DNA of 26,607 nt from a virus. Taxonomy: Duplodnaviria > Caudoviricetes. Under the pieces are notes generated by a model, which did not search any database, was not told the DNA's origin, and saw only the letters and a list, made by a program, of their open reading frames with translations. The stretch covers positions 1 through 26,607 of IMG/VR virus record IMGVR_UViG_3300046804_000871; one strand, given 5' to 3'. Both the position numbers and the translations under genes were made by a program. Positions 9,064 to 16,185 of this stretch are shown piece by piece. Position 1 is the stretch's first letter. Every line of letters starts with the position of its first letter.

Positions 9064-9354
9064 ATGACGATGCAGTATGACGTCAAGTCAGCCCACCTGA
9101 ATGCGTCGGGTAGCGTGTACGCTCAGCCTGCACGTGTGAAGGGCTTTTCTATCTGTGCCACGGCCAGCGCCGCTGGCACGTTGTTGCTCAAGGATGGCGG
9201 TTCGGGCGGGACAACGCTCATCGAGATTGACATCCCGGCCAATTCAAATCCTAATTCTTTTTACGTACTGGTGCCTGGCGAAGGTGTGCGGTTTTACACG
9301 AACATCTACGCCACGTTGACCAATATTGCGTCAATCACGGTGTTCTATGGCTAA
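9064..9354 (+). CDS. Small beta-rich putative structural protein
   Basis: 96 aa, AGGAG RBS, C-terminal 'PGEGVRF...ITVFYG'. Confidence 0.75.
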   Translation: MTMQYDVKSAHLNASGSVYAQPARVKGFSICATASAAGTLLLKDGGSGGTTLIEIDIPANSNPNSFYVLVPGEGVRFYTNIYATLTNIASITVFYG

Positions 9355-9592
9355 ATCCCCAGCATGGCAACGCAAGGAAGGCAAGAACCCCAACGGCGGC
9401 CTGAACGCCAAGGGGCGAGCCTCTGCCAAAAAGCAAGGCATGAACTTGAAACCTCCCCAGCCGGAAGGCGGCTCACGCCGCGACTCTTTCTGCGCAAGGA
9501 TGAGTGGGATGAAAAAGAAGCTGACCTCCGCCAAGACAGCAAAAGATCCGAACAGCCGTATCAACAAGAGCCTTCGGGCCTGGAACTGCTGA
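9347..9592 (+). CDS. Small basic hypothetical protein
   Basis: ATG 9347 overlapping the upstream gene end; 'MAKSPAWQRKEGKNPNGGLNAKGRAS...SFCARM...RAWNC'; Lys/Arg-rich. Confidence 0.8.
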   Translation: MAKSPAWQRKEGKNPNGGLNAKGRASAKKQGMNLKPPQPEGGSRRDSFCARMSGMKKKLTSAKTAKDPNSRINKSLRAWNC

Positions 9593-9593
9593 A

Positions 9594-9842
9594 ATGGAGA
9601 TGATGCTGTGGAACGTCTTGCTGACTACATTCATCGGGTTACTAAGTTGGAATCTGAGAGAGAAGTCAGCAGAACTGGGCCGAATCACGATCCTGTTAAA
9701 CAGGACGCGGGAGGAGATCGCTCGGGACAACGTGACACAGGCGGAGATCGACAAGATTGTGGCGCACATCGACAGCCGGTTCGACAAGTTGAACGACAAG
9801 ATTGACCTGTTTATCCGGGAGCAACGCAGTGCCCTCAGTTAG
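9594..9842 (+). CDS. Small membrane-anchored coiled-coil protein
   Basis: N-terminal hydrophobic helix 'MLWNVLLTTFIGLLSW' followed by heptad-like 'IDSRFDKLNDKID'. Confidence 0.7.
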   Translation: MEMMLWNVLLTTFIGLLSWNLREKSAELGRITILLNRTREEIARDNVTQAEIDKIVAHIDSRFDKLNDKIDLFIREQRSALS

Positions 9843-10224
9843 TCGTAAACAGCACAACTTCATGGAAGCCGTGGCGCACAGCCCGGCTTTTGCGAAGAAG
9901 GCAGGAGTCCCGCAGTCCGTGGGCAAAGAGTTCGCTGCGGCGGACAAGGGTAAGAAGTTTGGCACCGGAGGCCGGGCCAAAGAACAAGCTATCAACAAGC
10001 CGAAAACCGATCACGGGAAGTCGGCACTTTTCTCAGAAGGTGGTTATATGAAAAAGATGTCTTCCGGTGGTATCACCAACGCAAAAATGGGCAAGGTCAA
10101 GACCGCAGCCCCCAGCCGTGACGGCGTTGCTGCCAAGGGTAAAACCAAGGGCAAACAGATTGTCATGAGCGGAAGCAAGCCGCTTGGCATGAACAAGGGT
10201 GGCTACGCAAAAGGCAAGTGTTGA
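9829..10224 (+). CDS. Small basic Lys/Gly-rich hypothetical protein
   Basis: GTG 9829 with GGGAG RBS gives 'MPSVSRKQHNFMEAVAH...'; four hydrophobic-x-x-GG motifs. Confidence 0.75.
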   Translation: MPSVSRKQHNFMEAVAHSPAFAKKAGVPQSVGKEFAAADKGKKFGTGGRAKEQAINKPKTDHGKSALFSEGGYMKKMSSGGITNAKMGKVKTAAPSRDGVAAKGKTKGKQIVMSGSKPLGMNKGGYAKGKC

Positions 10225-10225
10225 A

Positions 10226-10501
10226 ATGATGGCCTCCCGTGGGATGGGGGCCATCGCTCCCTCCAAGATGCCCAAAGGCGTGCGTAAGGCACGTCGAGAC
10301 GATACCGACTTCACGCAGTATGCGGAGGGCGGCAAAGTCAATGCTGCGGGCAACTACACGAAGCCAGGCTTGCGCAAGCGGATTGTGTCGCAGGTAAAAG
10401 CTGCGGCAACCCACGGTACCAAGGCGGGTCAGTGGTCTGCGCGTAAGGCGCAGCTGGTGGCCAAGAAGTACAAGGAAGCTGGCGGCGGGTACAAGGATTG
10501 A
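10226..10501 (+). CDS. Small basic hypothetical protein
   Basis: ATG 10226 just after the upstream stop; 'YAEGGKV...NYTKPGLRKRI...GQWSARKAQL...GGGYKD'. Confidence 0.78.
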   Translation: MMASRGMGAIAPSKMPKGVRKARRDDTDFTQYAEGGKVNAAGNYTKPGLRKRIVSQVKAAATHGTKAGQWSARKAQLVAKKYKEAGGGYKD

Positions 10502-10502
10502 G

Positions 10503-10736
10503 ATGAAAGCACCGCAAAAATCCCTGAAGGACTGGGGCGACCAGAAGTGGCGTACCAAGTCTGGCAAACCGTCTTCCAAGACGGGGGAGCGGTACTTGCC
10601 TGAGAAGGCCATCAAAGCCCTGAGCCCTGCGGAGTACGCAGCCACCACCAAAGCAAAACGTGCAGGCAAGGCGGCGGGTAAACAGTTTGTCGCTCAGCCA
10701 AAATCAATTGCCAAGAAAACAGCGGGGTTCCGGTAA
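10503..10736 (+). CDS. Small basic hypothetical protein
   Basis: 77 aa, AAGGA RBS, 'QKSLKDWGDQKWRTKSGKPS...ERYLP'. Confidence 0.8.
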   Translation: MKAPQKSLKDWGDQKWRTKSGKPSSKTGERYLPEKAIKALSPAEYAATTKAKRAGKAAGKQFVAQPKSIAKKTAGFR

Positions 10737-10912
10737 TGGCCACAAAAAACTGGATCGCAGGCGCGATCAAAAAGCCCGGGGCTTTGCGTTCTGCGCTGGG
10801 TGCCAAGAAGGGTGAGCCGATCCCCGCCAAGAAACTGGCGGCTGCGGCCAAGAAGCCCGGCAAGATGGGCCAACGCGCTCGTTTGGCGCAGACGTTGAAG
10901 AAGATGGGGTGA
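10736..10912 (+). CDS. Small Lys/Ala-rich protein (58 aa, absent from the supplied ORF track)
   Basis: TAATG coupling; translates as MATKNWIAGAIKKPGALRSALGAKKGEPIPAKKLAAAAKKPGKMGQRARLAQTLKKMG and exactly fills the gap between neighbours. Confidence 0.8.
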   Translation: MATKNWIAGAIKKPGALRSALGAKKGEPIPAKKLAAAAKKPGKMGQRARLAQTLKKMG

Positions 10913-10915
10913 TGT

Positions 10916-11173
10916 ATGGGTATTCTGAACGACGCAGTGAACACAACCACCAACGCGGTTGGTAAAGTTCTTGAAATACCAGGCAACATCATCAGTGACC
11001 TGACCGGTTCCGGCATCAACAGCAACGCATCGCAAGTGCAAAACATGATGGACGAGGACCGGAAAAAGGGCCAGAAGCCGTCATACATGGCCAAGGGCGG
11101 TAAAGTCCGTTCTGCTTCTAGCCGTGCCGATGGTATTGCTCAGCGTGGCAAAACTCGCGGAAAGATCTACTGA
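10916..11173 (+). CDS. Small hypothetical protein with basic C-terminal module
   Basis: 85 aa; ends 'YMAKGGKVRSASSRADGIAQRGKTRGKIY'. Confidence 0.75.
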   Translation: MGILNDAVNTTTNAVGKVLEIPGNIISDLTGSGINSNASQVQNMMDEDRKKGQKPSYMAKGGKVRSASSRADGIAQRGKTRGKIY

Positions 11174-11175
11174 TC

Positions 11176-12129
11176 ATGGCAACAACGTCCGGCGTAGCAG
11201 CATTCAACCTCGACTTGTCTGAGATCGTCGAGGAGGCGTTTGAGCGTGCAGGCTCCGAGCTTCGCACGGGCTACGACTTGCGCACAGCACGTCGGTCGCT
11301 TAACTTACTGTTTGCTGACTGGGCAAACCGTGGCGTCAACATGTGGACGTTCGAGCAAAACACCATCAATCTGGTGGCCGGACAACCCACGTATGCACTG
11401 CCTGACGACACGGTGGACATCCTGGATCATGTGATTCGCACCCAGGCCAACCAGCCCAGCAACCAGGCGGACCTCACCATCACGCGTATTAGTGTTTCTA
11501 CCTACGCGACGATCCCCAACAAACTGACAACCGGGCGTCCAATCCAGGTTTGGATTCAGCGTTTGACAGCCAACTCATCGCTTACCGCAGCCACAACAAC
11601 GGGCGGTACAACAGCAGCAAACGCTACGACGATTCAGGTCTCGACCCTGGCGGGTCTACCCACAGCGGGTTTCTTGACGATCGGCACCGAGCTGATCAGC
11701 TACAACGAGACCAGCAACCCCCAGGACGGAGCCCCGTTCTACTTGTACAACTGCTGCCGGGGCCAAGACGGCACCACGGCGGCTTCAATCCCTTCTGGTA
11801 CGGCCATCAAGCTAACCCAGAAGCAGTCAATTACGGTCTGGCCTACGCCTGACCCCGGGACCCAGTATCAGTTCGTCTATTGGCGTATGCGCCGTATTCA
11901 GGATGCTGGCAGTGGCGTAAATATCGCTGACGTCCCGTTCCGGTTTATCCCCTGTCTGGCCGCTGGCCTGGCCTACTACATCGCGCTCAAGGTGCCGGGT
12001 GGCATGGAGCGTCTCCAAATTCTGAAAGCTCAGTACGATGAGGCCTGGATGACGGCAGCCGATGAGGATCAAGAACGGGCAGCTATCCGGCTTGTGCCGC
12101 GCCAGATGTTCATAGGGGCGGGCACGTAA
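11176..12129 (+). CDS. Putative head-tail connector/neck protein
   Basis: 317 aa; helical termini ('ARRSLNLLFADWANRG', 'CLAAGLAYYIA') flanking a beta core ('TGRPIQVW', 'VWPTPD'), typical of podophage adaptor-like proteins. Confidence 0.6.
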   Translation: MATTSGVAAFNLDLSEIVEEAFERAGSELRTGYDLRTARRSLNLLFADWANRGVNMWTFEQNTINLVAGQPTYALPDDTVDILDHVIRTQANQPSNQADLTITRISVSTYATIPNKLTTGRPIQVWIQRLTANSSLTAATTTGGTTAANATTIQVSTLAGLPTAGFLTIGTELISYNETSNPQDGAPFYLYNCCRGQDGTTAASIPSGTAIKLTQKQSITVWPTPDPGTQYQFVYWRMRRIQDAGSGVNIADVPFRFIPCLAAGLAYYIALKVPGGMERLQILKAQYDEAWMTAADEDQERAAIRLVPRQMFIGAGT

Positions 12130-12558
12130 ATGGGCAACCGGTTTTCGTCCGGCAAGAACTCAATATCGCAGTGCGACCGGTGCAATTTCCGGTTCAAGCT
12201 GCATGAGTTGAAGACGGAGATCATCAAGACCAAGCCGTACCAGCTGAAGGTGTGCAGCACATGCTGGGACCCGGACCATCCGCAGTTGCAGCTGGGTATG
12301 TACCCGGTGGATGATCCCCAGGGTGTGCGGGACCCCCGCCCTGACATCACGTACTTGCTGGGCGGCAACACGGGCTTGCAGATCACTGAGACAGTGGGTA
12401 CGGGCTTGGATGAGAATGGCACACCATCTGGTGGTAGCCGTGTCATTCAATGGGGGTGGAATCCGGTTGGCGGATCAACGTTTTTTACGTCGGTTGAAAC
12501 ACCAAATAACTTGGTGTCCCGCGTAGAACTTGGTACAGTAACGGTAGTAACGACGTAA
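12130..12558 (+). CDS. Hypothetical protein with CxxC...CxxC zinc ribbon
   Basis: 'CDRC' and 'CSTC' pairs, then 'HPQL...DPQGVRDPRPD'. Confidence 0.75.
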   Translation: MGNRFSSGKNSISQCDRCNFRFKLHELKTEIIKTKPYQLKVCSTCWDPDHPQLQLGMYPVDDPQGVRDPRPDITYLLGGNTGLQITETVGTGLDENGTPSGGSRVIQWGWNPVGGSTFFTSVETPNNLVSRVELGTVTVVTT

Positions 12559-12568
12559 GGAGTCGATC

Positions 12569-12760
12569 ATGGACAAGAAAGACCTGGCGCAAGACAAGAA
12601 AATGGTGGCATCGGCTGTGCACAAGCACGAAGCCCGCATGCACCCGGGCAAACCCCCAACCAAATTAGCCAAAGGCGGCGTGACCTCTAAGGCCATGATG
12701 CAGATGGGCCGTAACTTGGCTCGTGCAGCTAACCAGCGCAGCTCTGGTCGCGGAGGCTGA
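12569..12760 (+). CDS. Small basic hypothetical protein
   Basis: 63 aa, TAAGGAG RBS, 'KLAKGGV' motif. Confidence 0.8.
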   Translation: MDKKDLAQDKKMVASAVHKHEARMHPGKPPTKLAKGGVTSKAMMQMGRNLARAANQRSSGRGG

Positions 12761-12761
12761 G

Positions 12762-12962
12762 ATGGCAACGTACAAGCAACCCAAGAAAACCGCTTCTCCC
12801 GTCGTTGGCGTGGAGGACAACAAAAAGTATCTGCGCGAAGCCAACGTGTCTGTTGCCAACGTGCGTAGTAACGACTACAAGGGCACCAAGACTTCAGGTA
12901 TCAAGATTCGGGGTACTGGCGCGGCTACTAAAGGCGTGATGGCTCGCGGGCCGATGGCTTGA
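12762..12962 (+). CDS. Small basic hypothetical protein
   Basis: ATG 12762 with GGAGG RBS; ends 'KIRGTGAATKGVMARGPMA'. Confidence 0.8.
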   Translation: MATYKQPKKTASPVVGVEDNKKYLREANVSVANVRSNDYKGTKTSGIKIRGTGAATKGVMARGPMA

Positions 12963-12963
12963 A

Positions 12964-13941
12964 ATGAACTACAGCGAACTTGTTTCTGCTATCCAGTCGT
13001 ATACCGAGAACGCGTTCCCGGATACGTACCTTGCGAATGGCACGGTGATTGGGCCAAACGCCCAGCTCAACCGTTTCATCGAGCAGGCAGAGCAACGCAT
13101 CTACAACACGGTTCAGTTCCCGTCGCTTCGCAAGAACATGACGGGGTATGTGTCTACGTCCGTACCCTATCTAACAGCCCCGGATGACTATCTCTCCACG
13201 TACTCCTTGGCGGTCATCGTCGACGGGTCGTACGAGTATCTTCTCAACAAAGACGTTAACTTCATCCGGCAGGCTTACCCAAACCCAACCACGGATGTCG
13301 GAGTTCCCAAGTACTATGCGCTTTTTGGTCCTTCCGTATCTGGCAGCACTATTTCTAATGAGCTGTCCTTTATTCTTGGACCAACCCCTGACGACAATTA
13401 CGAAGTCGAGTTGCACTTTTACTACTACCCTCAATCTATTGTGCAGTCCTCTATTAACGCGCTAGGCGTTATTGTGGGTGGTTCTGGATACACCAACGGT
13501 AAGTACTACGGTGTTCCTCTTACTGGCGGCACTGGCCAAGGCGCTGTGGCTGACATCGTTGTGACCGGCGGTGCGGTTGATGAGATCTTTATTAAGAACT
13601 CTGGCTGCCTGTACACGGTTGCCGACAATCTTTCTGCTGATGCCACGTATCTTGGTGGTACGGCTACGGTCGACTTTTCTGTACCAATTGCACAGGTCAA
13701 CAACGCCCAGGGTACTTCTTGGCTGGGTGACAACTTTGACACGGTGCTGCTATACGGTTGCCTGGTTGAGGCGTACACCTTCATGAAGGGTGAGACCGAT
13801 CTAATCGCGCTGTACGACGGCAAGTACAAGGAAGCTATGGCGATGGCTCAGCGTCTGGGTGATGGCCTGGAGCGCAGCGATGCGTACCGTAGCGGGCAGG
13901 CGCGTGTTGCGCCGCTACCGCAGAATAACGGGGTGCGTTGA
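12964..13941 (+). CDS. Putative head-tail adaptor / tail tubular A-like protein with inserted domain
   Basis: 'FIEQAEQRIY', 'GVPKYYA', 'LGPTPD', 'LLYGCLVEAYTFMKG' pattern; internal 'GGSGYT' Gly-rich insert. Confidence 0.65.
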   Translation: MNYSELVSAIQSYTENAFPDTYLANGTVIGPNAQLNRFIEQAEQRIYNTVQFPSLRKNMTGYVSTSVPYLTAPDDYLSTYSLAVIVDGSYEYLLNKDVNFIRQAYPNPTTDVGVPKYYALFGPSVSGSTISNELSFILGPTPDDNYEVELHFYYYPQSIVQSSINALGVIVGGSGYTNGKYYGVPLTGGTGQGAVADIVVTGGAVDEIFIKNSGCLYTVADNLSADATYLGGTATVDFSVPIAQVNNAQGTSWLGDNFDTVLLYGCLVEAYTFMKGETDLIALYDGKYKEAMAMAQRLGDGLERSDAYRSGQARVAPLPQNNGVR

Positions 13942-14378
13942 TGGCGTTTACCGGCAACTACACCTGCAACACCTTCAAGATCGGCTTGATGAACGGCACG
14001 TTCGACTTTACGACGGACACGTTCAAGATTGCACTGTATACAAACACAGCTACACTCAATGCCGACACCACCGCGTACACGTCAACCGGTGAGTCCTCCG
14101 GGGGAAACTATGTTGCTGGCGGCTTGGCTTTGACTGTGTCGCAGGTGCCGACAATCGGTAACCAGACCGGACAGAACGCAGTGGTTTACATCTCGTTTGC
14201 CAACGCCTCCTGGACTGGCGCCATCACGGCACGAGGTGCGTTGATCTACAAAGATGATGGGGCCACTTACCCGGCAGTCTGTGTGCTGGACTTTGGCTCA
14301 ACAAAGACCTCGGTCAATACGTTCGAGGTGCAGTTCCCAACTTCGGGTAGCACGACTTCAATCATTCGCTTGGTATAA
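13941..14378 (+). CDS. Putative tail structural protein (paralog A)
   Basis: TGATG coupling; 'DTFKIALYT...TTAY...YVAGG...ARGALIY...VLDFG'. Confidence 0.7.
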   Translation: MAFTGNYTCNTFKIGLMNGTFDFTTDTFKIALYTNTATLNADTTAYTSTGESSGGNYVAGGLALTVSQVPTIGNQTGQNAVVYISFANASWTGAITARGALIYKDDGATYPAVCVLDFGSTKTSVNTFEVQFPTSGSTTSIIRLV

Positions 14379-14388
14379 AGGATAAGCC

Positions 14389-14583
14389 ATGGCCCTAGTA
14401 ACTACAACCAAAGGTTTGATGGACGAGACCTTGCTTGAAAAGCGTGAGGGTTCCATCGATAATGACAACGAGTACACCCGCTGGATTGAGTTCTGGCTGG
14501 ACGGCGAGTTGGTGCATCGTTCGGTGCATGTCGAGTTGAAAACAAATGTATTGGCCGATGGAATGGCCGCAATGCTCGGTTGA
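14389..14583 (+). CDS. Small acidic hypothetical protein
   Basis: 64 aa, AAGGA RBS, fills the gap between the paralogs. Confidence 0.75.
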   Translation: MALVTTTKGLMDETLLEKREGSIDNDNEYTRWIEFWLDGELVHRSVHVELKTNVLADGMAAMLG

Positions 14584-14595
14584 AAGGACTGAAAA

Positions 14596-15051
14596 ATGGC
14601 AAACACTCAAGCTATGTGCACTTCGTTCAAGACGGAGTTGATGACCGCAACGCACAATTTCGGTACCGCCCCCGTGCGTGCTACTGGTACTGCTGACACG
14701 TTCTACGGTGCGCTGTATCTGACCACGGCCTCACTGGGCGCTGGAACGACGGCTTATTCTTCGACCGGTGAAGTGACCGGTACGGGCTATACCGCTGGTG
14801 GTGTGGCTGTGACTAACGCTACGGCCCCCACCTCTTCTGGCACCACGGCTTACTGGACACCTTCGGCCAGTTTGACGTATTCAAGCGTAACGTTGACCAC
14901 GGCGTTTGATACCGTCCTGATCTATAACCAGACTCAGAGCAACAAGGCTGTCAGCGTTCACACGTTCGGTTCGCAGACGATCACGGCGGGCACATTCATT
15001 TTGACGATGCCTTCCAACACCAGCTCGACCGCACTGTTGCGTCTGGCTTAA
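14596..15051 (+). CDS. Putative tail structural protein (paralog B)
   Basis: AAGGA RBS; 'DTFYGALY...TTAY...GYTAGG...VLIYN...VHTFG' aligns by eye with 13941..14378. Confidence 0.7.
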   Translation: MANTQAMCTSFKTELMTATHNFGTAPVRATGTADTFYGALYLTTASLGAGTTAYSSTGEVTGTGYTAGGVAVTNATAPTSSGTTAYWTPSASLTYSSVTLTTAFDTVLIYNQTQSNKAVSVHTFGSQTITAGTFILTMPSNTSSTALLRLA

Positions 15052-15053
15052 GC

Positions 15054-15071
15054 CTCCCCGTTCTAGGGGAG
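15054..15071 (+). promoter_or_regulatory. RBS-sequestering hairpin
   Basis: CTCCCC (15054-15059) pairs with GGGGAG (15066-15071), the Shine-Dalgarno of ATG 15076. Confidence 0.5.
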
Positions 15072-15075
15072 CGCC

Positions 15076-16176
15076 ATGCTGGGTTTAACCCCACTAGCAG
15101 CAGCACCACTTGCCTCGACAAGCGGTGATGTAGTTGTTGCCATTACCGGAATTGCGGTCACTGGGTCCGTAGGCTCCGTTACGCTGTCTGCTTCCCAAGC
15201 GCTTAGCGGGGTTGCCGCAACCGGTTCTGTAGGCACTGTTGTCTTTGCAAAGACAGATGTTATAACCGGCGTAGCCGCTACAGGTTCCGTTGGCTCCGTT
15301 ACTTTCTCCACGCTCACCGTATCACTAACTGGCGTCGCTGGCCAAGGTTTGGTTGGCAACGAACAGCCCACACCAACTGAGGCAATTACGGGTGTTGCGG
15401 CAACAGGCTCCGTTGGAACCGTTGTCCCAAGTCGGAATCAGGCGCTAACTGGCAATTCGGCTACCGGGTCCGTGGGTACGGCTGTACCGAGTCAAAATCT
15501 GGCGTTAACCGGCAATGTTTCTACTTCCGCTGTTGGCACGGTTGCGTATAGCAATGCGTTCACTCTCTCCGGTAACGCGGCAACGGGGGCTGTGGGAAGC
15601 GTTACTCAAAGCAAGACAGTTGCGCTGACTGGAAATGCGGCCACCGGTAGTGTAGGCACAATTACATACACTCTTCCTGTTATTGTTGCGCTAAGCACAA
15701 TTGACGATCTTGGCTGGGGCATGGGTCCGTGGGGCGGGGATACCTCAAGCGGCGGTTACTACGACGTTGCTTGGGGCGGCCACCAGGTGCACAACCCGTC
15801 AGTTGGGTACGGCGATGTCGGAACCGTTGTTGGGGTTAAGTCGTTCCCGCTTACAGGCGTTGAGGCCACCGGGCAAGTTGGTACATTAACGCCCAACAGA
15901 CAGCATGCTTTGACCGGCGTACAGGCTACCGGCCAGGTCGGTACGGTATACCCTGTGTTTGAAATCCCGCTGACCGGAGTCCAGGCGCTTGGCCAAGTCG
16001 GACAGTTTGGCGTCATCCACATCAACGCCTTGACCGGGGTGCAGGCGGTGGGTATAGTGGGCGATGTCTGCCCCCGCAATTGGACGATAATTGACACCAC
16101 CCAAAATGCAGGTTGGCAAACTATCCAAAACAGCCAGGATGCCGAGTGGGATCTTGTTGTGACAGAGGAATGTTGA
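15076..16176 (+). CDS. Repeat-rich virion/fibre protein
   Basis: About 13 copies of a ~19-20-aa unit 'LTGVxATG[S/Q]VGTV', with a central WG-rich insert. Confidence 0.75.
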   Translation: MLGLTPLAAAPLASTSGDVVVAITGIAVTGSVGSVTLSASQALSGVAATGSVGTVVFAKTDVITGVAATGSVGSVTFSTLTVSLTGVAGQGLVGNEQPTPTEAITGVAATGSVGTVVPSRNQALTGNSATGSVGTAVPSQNLALTGNVSTSAVGTVAYSNAFTLSGNAATGAVGSVTQSKTVALTGNAATGSVGTITYTLPVIVALSTIDDLGWGMGPWGGDTSSGGYYDVAWGGHQVHNPSVGYGDVGTVVGVKSFPLTGVEATGQVGTLTPNRQHALTGVQATGQVGTVYPVFEIPLTGVQALGQVGQFGVIHINALTGVQAVGIVGDVCPRNWTIIDTTQNAGWQTIQNSQDAEWDLVVTEEC

Positions 16177-16185
16177 GGATAAAAG

